Source: Alphaproteobacteria bacterium
Lineage (GTDB): Bacteria > Pseudomonadota > Alphaproteobacteria > UBA2966
Length of the DNA stretch: 64,000 bases
NCBI GenBank assembly: GCA_964291395.2
Contig: OZ219856.1
Location: 1,888,001 to 1,952,000 of the forward strand
Direction of reading: 5' to 3'
Numbering within the stretch: the stretch's first letter is position 1; the number at the start of each line of letters is the position of its first letter. The position numbers and the translations under genes were made by a program. The notes under the pieces are model-generated. The model was not told where the DNA came from. It was given only the letters and a program-made list of their open reading frames with translations, and ran no database searches. Of the stretch, positions 1 to 10,081 are shown one piece after another.

Positions 1-979
1 CCGTGGCGTCGTAGGCCTCCTTGACGTATGCGAGCACCGGCAGCGCGCCGTGCTGGTCGACCCAGGCCGCCTCCCACGCGGCGGACGACACGCTCTCGGG
101 CGCGGTCGCGGGCCCGGTGCCGTACATGCCGCCGAGGCGGGCGCCGCCGATGGACCGGACCAGGCTCAGCCGCTTGGCGGCGTCGCCGAAGACGAAGTCG
201 TCGTAAAGGCCGTCGTCGATCGCCTCGCGGACGATGGCGAGCGCCGCCGACTCGAAGGCGATCACCACCAGGGCCTGGGCGCCGCCGCCCGCGGACTCGC
301 GCAGCGCCGTCAGGAAGCCGGTCTCGGCGCGGTCCACCGGGACGGCCTCGAGGGCGCCGTCCCAGGCCGCCGCGAAGGCGCCGGCGAGGCCCCGCCCCCA
401 GGGGTCGTCGACATAGAGCAGGCCGACATTGTCGAAGCCCCGCTCGCGCGCGAGACGGGCGAGGACGGGTCCCTGGGAGACGTCGGAAAGGGCGGTCCGA
501 AACAGGAAATCGTCGTCGGCGGCCCCGGTCAGCTCCGGCGACGTGGCCGAGAAGCTGACGGTGGGGACGGCGGCCGGACCGGTCACCCGCTCGGCCACCG
601 GCAGCGCGCTGGCGCTGGCGTTGGGGCCGACGACGGCATGGACGCCCTCGACCTCGACGAGGCGCCGCGCCGCCGCGACCGCCTTCTCCGGGTCCGCCGT
701 GGCGTCGGCGACCGCGACCGCCACGGGCAGGCCGAACACGCCGCCGCCGCCGTTGACGTGCGCGATCGCGAGCTCGAACGCCCGCCGCCTGTCCCTCGGG
801 ACCTCGGCCGAGCCGCTGCTGAAATCCATCAGCAATCCGATCTTGAGCGCCGTGGCCTCGTCCGCCCGCGCCGCCGACGGCTCCGCCGCCGCTCCAACCA
901 GCGAGATGCCGGCCGCACCGAGCAGCATCCCGACCGCACGCGCCCGGAAAGACGCCCGGTGGCAGAAATTGCGGATCAT
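1..979 (-). CDS. ABC transporter substrate-binding protein, branched-chain amino acid (LivJ-like) family; 3' end runs off the window
   Basis: Not in the ORF track; manual translation gives MIRNFCHRASFRARAVGMLLGAAG...LKIGLLMDFSSG...AFELAIAHVNGGGGVFGLPV...EGVHAVVGP...SATSPELT...DDFLFRT, with a GGAGG RBS upstream. Confidence 0.85.
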   Translation of the reverse strand, partial: MIRNFCHRASFRARAVGMLLGAAGISLVGAAAEPSAARADEATALKIGLLMDFSSGSAEVPRDRRRAFELAIAHVNGGGGVFGLPVAVAVADATADPEKAVAAARRLVEVEGVHAVVGPNASASALPVAERVTGPAAVPTVSFSATSPELTGAADDDFLFRTALSDVSQGPVLARLARERGFDNVGLLYVDDPWGRGLAGAFAAAWDGALEAVPVDRAETGFLTALRESAGGGAQALVVIAFESAALAIVREAIDDGLYDDFVFGDAAKRLSLVRSIGGARLGGMYGTGPATAPESVSSAAWEAAWVDQHGALPVLAYVKEAYDAT

Positions 980-1219
980 CGTGAATTTCCTCCACTCCAA
1001 CGTGAAGCCGCGGAAACCGGCCCGCTCCCGGCCGACCGCACCGCGTCACCAGCGACAGCGACCATGCGATGCACGACGCCGTCCTGTCCAGCGCCCGGGA
1101 GAGGGTCCGGCCCGTCACCGGGGAAACCCGCCGAGGTTCGCGTCCCGCCAGCCGCGCGGCGTCCGGGCGCCGACGAGGTTCCGCGATTCGCCGCGGCCGC
1201 GACGGAACGGCCCGAGGCT

Positions 1220-2065
1220 TCAACCGGACAGGAATTCCTCGATGACGGCGGCCCTGGCGGCCGTCGCTTCCAGGCCGTCCGGCAGCCTCCCCAGCGCCGC
1301 CCCCGGAACGAGGGCGGCGACGTCCCGCGCCGCCCCGGAAGCGAGGTGAGCGGGATCCTCCAGGACCAGGGTCGGGACCCGGATCAGCGGCAGGCGCCGG
1401 CGCCGCGGATGGCGGAACGCGGCGCGGTACGAGTGGTGGAACGTGCGCAGGCCCTTGAGCACCTCCAGCGTCGACTCGTGGAGGTCGCCCGCCGGGGGAA
1501 GGCCGAGGTGCAGGCGATGATCGCGGTCGCGCGCGAACCAGGGGTGGAACAGCGAATGGTCCCGCATGACGTGCCACGCCCAGAGGAGATGGCGCCCCAT
1601 GTCGTCGGGCTCGACCTCGGGCGAATGCGTTTCCAGCGCGCGTTCCATCTCGCCCTCCGCGGGCAGACTCACCTCGTCGAGGACGAGGCGCCGAACGCGG
1701 TCCGGCCGCGCGATGGCGACCTCGGCCGAGATCAGGGCCCCGGTGCGCACGCCGTAGAGATCGACCCTGTTCAGACCGAGGACGTCCAGCAGGCGCAGGG
1801 CGGCGTCGGCGAAGTAGTCGAGCCCCGGATCCCCCCGGTCGGGGGGCGCGGAGTCCCCGTTGCCGAGGGTGTCCGGCGCGACGAGCAGCCGCCCGCCGGC
1901 GAGGGCCCGCATCAACGGCACGAGGGAACCCGAGGCGACGGGCGACGAGTGCAGCAGGACGAGCGGCGCGGCGCCGGCCCCCTCCCGCGGCAGGCACCGG
2001 CGCAGGTGAACCTGGCCTTCCCGAATTCGGACGAAATCACGATCGATCGCCGGCATCCGGCTCAC
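1220..2065 (-). CDS. alpha/beta fold hydrolase
   Basis: LVLLHSSP, APDTLGNGDS and VDLYGVRTGA (atypical nucleophile elbow) motifs. Confidence 0.8.
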   Translation of the reverse strand: MSRMPAIDRDFVRIREGQVHLRRCLPREGAGAAPLVLLHSSPVASGSLVPLMRALAGGRLLVAPDTLGNGDSAPPDRGDPGLDYFADAALRLLDVLGLNRVDLYGVRTGALISAEVAIARPDRVRRLVLDEVSLPAEGEMERALETHSPEVEPDDMGRHLLWAWHVMRDHSLFHPWFARDRDHRLHLGLPPAGDLHESTLEVLKGLRTFHHSYRAAFRHPRRRRLPLIRVPTLVLEDPAHLASGAARDVAALVPGAALGRLPDGLEATAARAAVIEEFLSG

Positions 2066-2068
2066 CGC

Positions 2069-2530
2069 TCAGAGGATCTCGAACACGCGATAGAGGATGT
2101 GGTCGGGGTGGCGCTCCGCCTTGGCGACGCCGACGACGCGATTGAGCCAGAGGTAGCCGTCCGCGCCGGTCTCGAAGAACAGCGCGGCGCGCTGGTAGTA
2201 CGCGCCGGGGTCGACCGGTTCGCCCCTCACGATCCGGTCGAGCACCTCCCGGGGGCCGTGACGGAACCCGCGGAAGGCGACGTAGACGAAGGCGCCGTCG
2301 TCGGTCTCGAGGGTCATGCGCACGTCCATCTCGAGCACGCCGTCGGACCGTTCGAGGATCCAGTCGGCGCCGCCGGGCAGGATGCGGCCCCGCAGGCGGT
2401 CGCCTTCGAACCTGTCGCCCGTGATGGCGACGATTCGACGCCGGCCGTAGGGCGCGTCGCCCACCCGGACCTGCCCGGCGTCCGCCGTGACGAAGAGGTC
2501 GAACAGGTGGCGGGTGTCGATGCCGCTCAT
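2069..2530 (-). CDS. DUF3237 family protein
   Basis: GRILPGGADW...DVRMTLETDDGA...FRHGP...YYQRAALFFETG...YLWLN pattern. Confidence 0.85.
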   Translation of the reverse strand: MSGIDTRHLFDLFVTADAGQVRVGDAPYGRRRIVAITGDRFEGDRLRGRILPGGADWILERSDGVLEMDVRMTLETDDGAFVYVAFRGFRHGPREVLDRIVRGEPVDPGAYYQRAALFFETGADGYLWLNRVVGVAKAERHPDHILYRVFEIL

Positions 2531-2685
2531 GGCGCGCCCTCCGCGGTTCCTGCCGCGCGACCGGAGCCCGCGTTTACTTTCCCCCGGCGCGGTCCTATCA
2601 TTCTTGCAGGGGGCGGGTGAGAGTCAAACCCATCTCGCGGCAGCCACCGGCCTCCATGCAGCGCACGGGCAGGGAGGATTCAACC

Positions 2686-3759
2686 ATGAGACGTGCCGAC
2701 TCTCGGAAAAATTCGGAAAAATCGCTTATCTCGCGGCGCCAGGCCCTGAAGGCGTCTTCGGCCGTCGCCATCGGCGCGGCGGCCGGGCTCACGGGCTTTC
2801 CGGCCATCGTCCGCTCGGCCGGGATGCAGAAGTTCGGGCGCCCGATCATCGCGCCCATCGGCTCGAAGCCGGACGAGCCCTTCTACGTCGCCATAACGGG
2901 CGTGCAGAAGATCCTCAAGGAGAAGTACGACTGGGAGATCAACATGCTCACCCAGCCCTACGGCACCCTGGGGTCGAACCGCGGCCAGCTGGTGTCGGTC
3001 CAGTCCGGCTTCATCGACATCGCTCCGGGCTCGACCGGCAACTGGTCGTCGCTCACCAAGCTCTGGCAGTTCATGGACATGCCCTACCTGTTCGACGACT
3101 GGGAGCATGCCATGCGCACCGTCACGTCCGACGTCTGGTGGGAAACCGCCAAGAAGATGGAAGACGAGTTCGGCACCATCAAGGTGCTGCCGCCCATCAC
3201 CAGCGGCGGCTTCCGCATGCTGTCGAACAACACGCGCGAGCTCAAGGTGCCGGGCGACGTCGACGGCCTGAAGTTCCGCACCACGGCGTCACCGATCACC
3301 ATCGAGCTGATCCGCAAGTGGGGCGGCAACCCGACGCCCGTCGACTGGTTCGAGACCTATTCCTCGATCCAGCAGAACGTCGTCAACGGCATCCACGTGC
3401 AACCCTACTGGACCCACAAGTTCAACTTCCACGAGGTGCTGACCAACGCGACCGAAGTGCGGGCGGTGTGGGCCGTGAACGTCCTGGCCATGAACCGGAA
3501 CACGTTCGAATCCATGCCGGAGCCGCTGCAGGGCGCCTTCATGGAAGCGGCGAAGGAGGCGTTCGCCGTCGCCAACAAGATGGACTGGGACCTCGAAGAC
3601 ACGATGAAGGACAACCTGCGCCAGAACGGCGTCGAGATCTACACGCCGAGCAAGGCCGAGTACGACGCGTGGCGCAAGCTCGGCGAAGAGGTGTGGGAGA
3701 CCGACATCGGCAAGAGCGTCGACAAGTCCATGGTCGACAAGGTGATGGCGCAGCGGTAG
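2686..3759 (+). CDS. dctP: TRAP transporter substrate-binding protein DctP with Tat signal
   Basis: ISRRQALK Tat motif, GLKFRT and WGGNPTPV motifs; GGAGG RBS before ATG 2686; followed by DctQ/DctM. Confidence 0.88.
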   Translation: MRRADSRKNSEKSLISRRQALKASSAVAIGAAAGLTGFPAIVRSAGMQKFGRPIIAPIGSKPDEPFYVAITGVQKILKEKYDWEINMLTQPYGTLGSNRGQLVSVQSGFIDIAPGSTGNWSSLTKLWQFMDMPYLFDDWEHAMRTVTSDVWWETAKKMEDEFGTIKVLPPITSGGFRMLSNNTRELKVPGDVDGLKFRTTASPITIELIRKWGGNPTPVDWFETYSSIQQNVVNGIHVQPYWTHKFNFHEVLTNATEVRAVWAVNVLAMNRNTFESMPEPLQGAFMEAAKEAFAVANKMDWDLEDTMKDNLRQNGVEIYTPSKAEYDAWRKLGEEVWETDIGKSVDKSMVDKVMAQR

Positions 3760-3788
3760 AGGCCCGCGTCGCGCATCGGCGCGCCGAA

Positions 3789-3820
3789 GGGGCGGCGGCG
3801 GCACGACCGGCCGCCGCCCC
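3789..3820 (+). other. GC-rich intercistronic hairpin after dctP (possible mRNA-stabilising stem)
   Basis: ggggcggcggc ... gccgccgcccc, 11-bp stem, no U tract. Confidence 0.45.
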
Positions 3821-3844
3821 GCGCGCCAGCCCGACGGCCCCGGC

Positions 3845-4369
3845 ATGCAGGCCCTCCGACGCCTCGCCGACACCCTGAACCTGGCGGCGCAGGTGGTCGC
3901 CGGCGGCGCCCTGGCCGTCATCGCCGTCATCACCCTGATGCAGATCTACTTCCGCTTCGTCGTCAACGAGTCGCTCGTGTGGTCGGTGGAGCTGGGGACG
4001 TTCCTCAACGTCTGGGTGGGCTTCATCGGCGCCATCGTGGTCATGCGGACGTGGCAGCACACCAACATCCCGACGTTCGTGAGCATGGTGCCGACTCCCG
4101 CCCGCTACTACGTCATGACGGCCGTCAAGCTCATCCCCTTCGCCTTCGTGCTCTACGTGGCCGTCAACGGGATCGACTTCATCCAGGGCCCCTTCCACCT
4201 GACCTCGCCGGCCATGGGGTTCAACACGCGCTGGGTCAAGCTCGCCATCCCGATCTCCGCGGCGGTCATGGCCTTCTTCTGCATCCTCATCATCCTCGAG
4301 GACGTCCTCGCCCTCAGACGGGGCGACGAGGACCACTTCGACAAACAGGGCAGCGCGGGGGTCGAATAG
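3845..4369 (+). CDS. dctQ: TRAP transporter small permease DctQ
   Basis: 4 hydrophobic segments, QIYFRFVVNESLVWSVEL motif, position between DctP and DctM. Confidence 0.88.
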   Translation: MQALRRLADTLNLAAQVVAGGALAVIAVITLMQIYFRFVVNESLVWSVELGTFLNVWVGFIGAIVVMRTWQHTNIPTFVSMVPTPARYYVMTAVKLIPFAFVLYVAVNGIDFIQGPFHLTSPAMGFNTRWVKLAIPISAAVMAFFCILIILEDVLALRRGDEDHFDKQGSAGVE

Positions 4370-4402
4370 GGCGCGCCGGACGCCGTCCGACTCGAGCACG
4401 TC

Positions 4403-5701
4403 ATGGAATTCGTCGGACCCTGGCTGATCCTGCCCTTCTTCGTCCTGCTGGTGCTGGGCGTGCCGGTCGCCTTCTGCCTCGGCTTCTCGGTGCTGTTCTT
4501 CTTCTTCTTCTCGGGAACGACCATCCCGATCGTCATCGTGTTCACCGAGATGTACGACGGGGTGGCCATCGGCGCCCTCCTCGCCTTTCCGCTGTTCATC
4601 CTCACGGGGGAGCTGCTCACGCGCGCGGAGATCACCGAAAAACTGGTGAAGCTGTCCAATTCCCTGGTGGGCTGGATGAAGGGCGGCCTCGGCCACGTCA
4701 ACATCGTCACCAGCATGTTCTTCGCCGGCATCTCGGGATCCGCCATCGCGGACACGGCCTCCATCGGCCCCATCCTGATCCCGGCCATGGTGCGCGAGAA
4801 GTTTCCCAGGGCGTTCTCGGCGGCCGTGACGGCGGCGAGCTCCATCGTCGGACCCGTCATCCCGCCGAGCATTCCCATCATCATCGTCGGCGCGCAGCTC
4901 GACATCTCGATCGGCGGACTGTTCGCCGCGGGCATCGTGCCGGGAATCCTGCTGGGGCTCGCGCTCATGACCGTCAACTACGTCATCTGCGCGCGCAACG
5001 ACTACGGCGAGATCCATCCCTTCGCCGGCGTGCCGGCGGCGATAAGGGCAACCGGCGCGGCCGTCCCGGCGCTCCTGATCCCGGTCATACTGCTGGGCGG
5101 CATCCTGTCCGGCGTGTTCACGCCGGGAGAAGCCGGCGCCGTGGCCGCCGCCTACACCGTGCTGGTCGGCGTCTTCTACTACCGGACGCTGAACCTGACG
5201 CGCCTCGGAATGGCGCTGGCCTCGGCCGCCCGGGTCGTGGGATCGGTGATGATCATCCTGGCCTGCGCCGTGATCTTCAGCCGCATCCTCGCCTTCTACC
5301 AGATCCCGAAGGAGCTGCTGGATTTCCTGGTGTCGATCACCGAGAACCGGATCGTCCTCATACTGCTGATCGTCGTGCTGTTCCTGTTCGTCGGCATGTT
5401 CATGGACGCGGTCGTCAACATGATCATCCTGGGGCCCCTGCTGATGCCCCTGTTCGTCCAGGGCCTCGGCTTCCACCCGATCCAGTTCGGCATGTTCCTG
5501 ATGGTCGGGCTCCTGCTCGGCCTGGTCACGCCGCCGCTGGGCCTGTGCCTGTTCATCGCCGCGCCCATCGCGCGGGAAACGCTCGACCGCACCGCGCTGG
5601 CCGTCCTCCCCTTCCTGCTCGCGGAAATCGTCATCCTGCTGCTGATCGCGTTCGTGCCGGACGTCACCATGCACGTGCCGCGCCTGCTCGATTTCTCGTA
5701 G
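4403..5701 (+). CDS. dctM: TRAP transporter large permease DctM
   Basis: FFAGISGSAIAD, VIPPSIP and VTPPLGL DctM motifs. Confidence 0.92.
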   Translation: MEFVGPWLILPFFVLLVLGVPVAFCLGFSVLFFFFFSGTTIPIVIVFTEMYDGVAIGALLAFPLFILTGELLTRAEITEKLVKLSNSLVGWMKGGLGHVNIVTSMFFAGISGSAIADTASIGPILIPAMVREKFPRAFSAAVTAASSIVGPVIPPSIPIIIVGAQLDISIGGLFAAGIVPGILLGLALMTVNYVICARNDYGEIHPFAGVPAAIRATGAAVPALLIPVILLGGILSGVFTPGEAGAVAAAYTVLVGVFYYRTLNLTRLGMALASAARVVGSVMIILACAVIFSRILAFYQIPKELLDFLVSITENRIVLILLIVVLFLFVGMFMDAVVNMIILGPLLMPLFVQGLGFHPIQFGMFLMVGLLLGLVTPPLGLCLFIAAPIARETLDRTALAVLPFLLAEIVILLLIAFVPDVTMHVPRLLDFS

Positions 5702-5770
5702 CGAAGGAAGGACGGGACAGACGGGAGCGGAGCACGTCATGGGAACCGCGTACGGCCGGCCGGATTCAAG

Positions 5771-7459
5771 ATGACCGACGCCATCCCGACGATCGCCGAG
5801 GCGGCCCGGGCGATCGAAGCGAAAGACCTGTCGGCGACCGAGCTCACCGAGGCGTCGCTGCGCCGCGCCGAGGCCTGGCAGCCGCACCTCGACGCCTTCA
5901 TCACGCTGACCGCCGACCAGGCGCTGGAACAGGCCCGTGCCGCCGACCGGGAATTGTCGGCCGGCAACCACCGCGGGCCCCTGCACGGCATCCCGTTCGG
6001 CCTCAAGGACATCTACGAGACGGCCGGCATCCTCACGACGGCGCACTCGAAGATCCTGGCGAATCACCTTCCCGCCGAAGACTGCGCGCCCGTCGAGCGG
6101 CTCTACGCCGGCGGCGCGGTCCTGCTCGGAAAGCTGGCGACGCACGAGTTCGCGCACGGCGGGCCGGCCTTCGACCTGCCCTGGCCGCCCGCGCGCAACC
6201 CGTGGAACCCCGCCCATTTCACGGGCGGTTCGAGCAGCGGCTCCGGCGCCGCGGTGGCAGCCGGACTCGTGCCCGGCGCCATGGGGTCCGACACCGGCGG
6301 CTCGGTGCGCAATCCCGCGAGCCTGTGCGGCACGGTCGGCCTCAAGCCAACCTACGGCCTGATCAGCCGGCACGGGGTTCTTCCCAACTCCTACACGTTC
6401 GACGTGTGCGGACCGCTGACGTGGACGGTCGAGGACTGCGCGATCATGCTGCAGGCGCTGGCCGGGTTCGATCCGCGGGACGCGGGGAGCGCCGACCGCG
6501 AGCCCCCCGACTACCGCGCCGCGCTGACCGGCGACATACGGGGCCTGCGGGTCGGCGTCGTGCGGCATTTCTGGGAAGAGGACCTTCCCGCCAATTCCGA
6601 GGTAAGGGCGGGCATGGAAGCGGCCCTCGCCGTGCTCGCGGACCTGGGCGCGGTCCCGGAGGACGTCCGCCTGCGGCCGATGCAGGACTACTGCGACGTC
6701 AAGATCGTCATCGGCGAGTCGGAGCTCTTCGCCCTCCACCACCGGGACTTCATGACCCGTCCCGGCGACTTCTGCCGGGACTTTCTCGGCCGCAGCCTGC
6801 CCGCCGTGCTGTTCAGCGGCGCCGACTACGTGCATGCCCAGCGCGAACGGCGCATCATGCTGCGCGAGATGGAGGACGTCTACGAACGATTCGACGTCCT
6901 GGTATCGCCGAGCCAGTACGGCCCGGCGCCCCTGCTGAACGGGTTCGACACGGTCTCCTACTTCTGGCGGAACCCCACCATCGCCACGCCGTTCAGCGTC
7001 ACGGGCGGCCCCGCCATATCGGTGTGCATGGGCTTCAGCGAGTCCGGCCTGCCGCTCGGCCTGCAGATCGCCGGCCGCCCCTTCGACGACGCGCGGGTCC
7101 TGCGAGCCGCCCACGCCTACGAATCGGCGACGCCGTGGCGCGGGAAGCGCCCGTCGCTGGAAGCGGCCAGGAACGCCGAAGTCAAGAGCGAGAGCGCGCC
7201 GGCGGCGGAACGCGGGACGCCCGGCGGCGGCGCCCTGCGCGACGAAGTCGGGCGGGCCGTCCGCGCGCACGGCCTGACCCTCGGCGACGAGCTGCTGGCA
7301 ATCATCGAGGAAGCCGCGCCGCACGCGAAGGCCCGGGCCGAACGACTGCGCACCGGGCGCCCCTACGACGTCGAACTGTCGAACACCTTCAGCTTCGAAA
7401 CGGGCGCCTCATCGCCGACCGATCACGAGTCGGCCTCACGAAGGGGGAGGAACAGATGA
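5771..7459 (+). CDS. amidase-signature family amidase with a C-terminal extension
   Basis: GLKD, GGSSSGSGAAVAAG and GSDTGGSVRNPAS signature motifs. Confidence 0.9.
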   Translation: MTDAIPTIAEAARAIEAKDLSATELTEASLRRAEAWQPHLDAFITLTADQALEQARAADRELSAGNHRGPLHGIPFGLKDIYETAGILTTAHSKILANHLPAEDCAPVERLYAGGAVLLGKLATHEFAHGGPAFDLPWPPARNPWNPAHFTGGSSSGSGAAVAAGLVPGAMGSDTGGSVRNPASLCGTVGLKPTYGLISRHGVLPNSYTFDVCGPLTWTVEDCAIMLQALAGFDPRDAGSADREPPDYRAALTGDIRGLRVGVVRHFWEEDLPANSEVRAGMEAALAVLADLGAVPEDVRLRPMQDYCDVKIVIGESELFALHHRDFMTRPGDFCRDFLGRSLPAVLFSGADYVHAQRERRIMLREMEDVYERFDVLVSPSQYGPAPLLNGFDTVSYFWRNPTIATPFSVTGGPAISVCMGFSESGLPLGLQIAGRPFDDARVLRAAHAYESATPWRGKRPSLEAARNAEVKSESAPAAERGTPGGGALRDEVGRAVRAHGLTLGDELLAIIEEAAPHAKARAERLRTGRPYDVELSNTFSFETGASSPTDHESASRRGRNR

Positions 7460-8325
7460 ACGACGAAGCTGGAAGAAAGCCGTGGCGGGGCTTTTCCGCG
7501 CCGCTCCATCCCGAAGGCAGGTACGCGCTCTACGGGCCGCCGCCCTGGCATTTCGAGGGGTACATGTCGGCCGTACGGCTGCGGTGCGACCGCGACGCCA
7601 TCGACCACATGGTCCCCGAACCGATGAAAACGGCGGCGGACCCCCTCGTCGAGATCGCCGTGTTCGACTGCCGCTGCGACTACGGCCTCGGCGAGGAATA
7701 CGCGCAGCGGAACCCGGACCAGGTCCGCTTTCAGGAATCGTTCGCCCGCCACTTCATCGAATACGAGGGAGCGGTGGGCTACTGGATGCCGTACATCTGG
7801 TGCAACACCGACAGCGAATTCGCCATCGGCCGCGAGATGTACGGGTGGCCCCACAAATGGGGCAACGTGGCCCTGACCGAACGTCCCTTCCGGGGATGGC
7901 GGGCCGGCGACATCGTGACGGGGCTCGTCGGCCGCGGCTGCCGCGCCGTGCTGGAGTTCGAGATCGAGCTCGAACGACCGGGCGACCTCGGCGGCATCGG
8001 CATGGCCCAGGGCGCGGACGACGACAGATCCGCGGGCACCGCGCCGGGGCGGACCGGCACCGACGTGCGCTGGGGTTCCAGCTTCACCCAGGTCGCGCTG
8101 CCCCACCCCGCCGAGCAGGGCATGGTCCTGCAGCGCCTGGTGCGCAACCAGATGCTGGACGTCGAGTTCACCGATATCTGGACGGGAAAGGGTTCGTTCG
8201 AGGTCTACGCCCCCGAGCTCCAATACCTCGAGGGCGCGGAAGTCGTCAGCGCCCGCTGGCACACGATCGTCTGGACGAAGCCCTATCCGGCCGAGGTCGT
8301 GCTGGAGGAACTGGTCGCGGCGTAA
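7456..8325 (+). CDS. acetoacetate decarboxylase-like family protein
   Basis: ATGA overlap with the amidase; YGPPPWHF and GREMYGWPHKWG (Schiff-base Lys region) motifs. Confidence 0.8.
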   Translation: MNDEAGRKPWRGFSAPLHPEGRYALYGPPPWHFEGYMSAVRLRCDRDAIDHMVPEPMKTAADPLVEIAVFDCRCDYGLGEEYAQRNPDQVRFQESFARHFIEYEGAVGYWMPYIWCNTDSEFAIGREMYGWPHKWGNVALTERPFRGWRAGDIVTGLVGRGCRAVLEFEIELERPGDLGGIGMAQGADDDRSAGTAPGRTGTDVRWGSSFTQVALPHPAEQGMVLQRLVRNQMLDVEFTDIWTGKGSFEVYAPELQYLEGAEVVSARWHTIVWTKPYPAEVVLEELVAA

Positions 8326-8371
8326 CCGCCGTCACGGGAGCGGCCTCGGCGCCGCCGGTTCGGCCCGCCTC

Positions 8372-8400
8372 GAGAGGTTCCGGTCAAACCGGAACCTCTC
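8372..8400. terminator. inverted repeat between convergent genes, possible bidirectional terminator
   Basis: gagaggttccggt-caa-accggaacctctc, perfect 13-bp stem. Confidence 0.55.
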
Positions 8401-8978
8401 TAGCCCCGCACCTCCAGGATCACGCCGAAGCGTTTCTGCAGGTCAATCTTCTCGAGATCGCCGCCGCGGGCCCCGCCGTCCCCGGTATTCTTCAAGTCGC
8501 GCTTCGTTTCCTCGCTCATGACCACGACGACGTTCGTCGCGGCTTCCAGCGGAAACGGGAATTCGTGCCAAGTGCCGATGTCGAGGCACATGCCCGCCGA
8601 CCCGTCGAAAGCGAACGCCTCGACCTCTTCGATCTCCGGCGCCCGCGGCGCGTCGCCGTCCCACGAACCGTCGGGCCGCCGGCAGGTGGGACGGCCGAGC
8701 ACCATCACGAACGGCTTGCCGCCCAGGGGGATGAAGGTCTGGGTATGCTTGTTGTGGTACTCCATCCACCGCACCTCCATGGGCCGCGGATCGAGCATCG
8801 CAAGCGTCAGGCACACGTCGTCCCGGGCAGTGAACGCCGCCGGCTGGCTCACGCGCACGGCCTCGGCATAGAACCCCGTTTCCCGGACCAGGTCGGCAGG
8901 GGGCGGCGCCAGCAAGCTGCCGTAGCCGGCCAATGCATCCGGCGTCGCCCGTTTCGGCGTCAGGACCTTGCGCTTCAA
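8400..8978 (-). CDS. ureidoglycolate lyase (AllA)-like cupin
   Basis: MEYHNKHTQTFIPLGG and GTWHEFPFPL motifs; TTG start at 8978 overlapping the upstream TGA. Confidence 0.75.
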   Translation of the reverse strand: MKRKVLTPKRATPDALAGYGSLLAPPPADLVRETGFYAEAVRVSQPAAFTARDDVCLTLAMLDPRPMEVRWMEYHNKHTQTFIPLGGKPFVMVLGRPTCRRPDGSWDGDAPRAPEIEEVEAFAFDGSAGMCLDIGTWHEFPFPLEAATNVVVVMSEETKRDLKNTGDGGARGGDLEKIDLQKRFGVILEVRG

Positions 8979-9520
8979 AACAGGTCCGCCTGGGCCGTCG
9001 GGTAGTGCACGGTGCGGTCGGGCCGGATCACGGCATCCCCGTCCAGTTCCGCCGGCTCGACGCGGCCCGGCGCCACGATATGCCGCACCTCGGTGCCCGC
9101 GGCCAGAAGGTGATCGGCGATGATACGCCGGTGACACTGCCGCCACGCCTTCTCCGCACACATCACCGCGCAGGCATCGACATCCGATCGGGCGACGAGG
9201 GCGACGAGCGCCTCGCGAAACGGCGGCGTCAGCGCGTAGTCCGCGTAGTTCCTGAAGGCCGCCACCCGCCACGCGGTGTTGGGCGAGGTCTCCGACCCCG
9301 CCTGCTTCGGCCGCCGCCCGCCGAGCGCCCCGGCGTGGCGGTAGCGGATTCCCGCCGTTCCCAGATCGCCGGGCAACGCGTCGACGTCGAATTGCGGATT
9401 GCGGCGCGACCGCGGAAAGCTTCGCACGTCGATCAGCAGTTCCACACCCGCCTCCTCGAGCAGCGCGACGAGCTCGCCGACGCTGCGCGTCGAATGACCG
9501 ATGGTATGAACGACACCCAC
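8975..9520 (-). CDS. DUF488 family protein
   Basis: TIGHSTR, DVRSFPRSRRNPQF, LGGRR and MCAEKAWRQCHRRII motifs. Confidence 0.9.
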   Translation of the reverse strand: MGVVHTIGHSTRSVGELVALLEEAGVELLIDVRSFPRSRRNPQFDVDALPGDLGTAGIRYRHAGALGGRRPKQAGSETSPNTAWRVAAFRNYADYALTPPFREALVALVARSDVDACAVMCAEKAWRQCHRRIIADHLLAAGTEVRHIVAPGRVEPAELDGDAVIRPDRTVHYPTAQADLF

Positions 9521-9550
9521 GCCGTCCTCGAGGTTCCGGGCAGCCGCCGC

Positions 9551-10081
9551 CTAACGGCAGAGGCGGTCGACGTAGTCGGCGCCGAGACCGTTCCCGGCAT
9601 AGTGCTTCTTATACGCCGCAATCCGGGTAAAGACGTCCTCGTAGCCGATCTGACCGCCGTTTTCGTCGACGTAGAGAATCGGGCCCATGTTGTGAAACAA
9701 CGTCTTCATGCGGCCCGCTTCCGGATGCACGACGAGGGTGTGGGTCTCGCCCGCGGGCTCGTAGACGAAGTCGCCCGGCCGGGCGATCCAGTCGCCTTCG
9801 AGATAGCCCCAGGTGCCCTCGAGAGTGTATCCCAGGACGGGCGCCGGGTGCCGGTGACGTCCCACGACGCCCTCGCCCTCGGCCTTGACGATGTTGCACC
9901 AGGTGCCCTGAACGACGTTGAACAGGAGCGGACGGATCCAGACGTTGTCGGCGAGCGGCATCCACACGCGCTCGTCGTCGTCGTCGCATTCATGGAAAAT
10001 CTCCTGCGACGCCTCCCCCGGCAGCGGGATGCTGAGATGCCGGACGTGTTCGAATCCCGCGAGCTTGGCCATCTCGTTCAT
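9551..10081 (-). CDS. 2,4'-dihydroxyacetophenone dioxygenase family cupin (ChrR-like)
   Basis: RHRHPAPV, GTWGYLEGDW and YEPAGETHTL motifs; GGAGG RBS before ATG 10081. Confidence 0.8.
   Translation of the reverse strand: MNEMAKLAGFEHVRHLSIPLPGEASQEIFHECDDDDERVWMPLADNVWIRPLLFNVVQGTWCNIVKAEGEGVVGRHRHPAPVLGYTLEGTWGYLEGDWIARPGDFVYEPAGETHTLVVHPEAGRMKTLFHNMGPILYVDENGGQIGYEDVFTRIAAYKKHYAGNGLGADYVDRLCR

Noticed and set aside
981-1219. Riboswitch upstream of the LivJ-like binding protein
   Set aside because: GC-rich sequence with no recognisable aptamer motif
50-8325. Very long alternative ORFs (e.g. 50..2620 +, 3539..7324 -, most of 3979..8325 +), and similar ones throughout the window
   Set aside because: They are shadow frames of a high-GC genome with R/G/A/P-rich translations that overlap well-supported genes; only 7456..8325 of the last one is real
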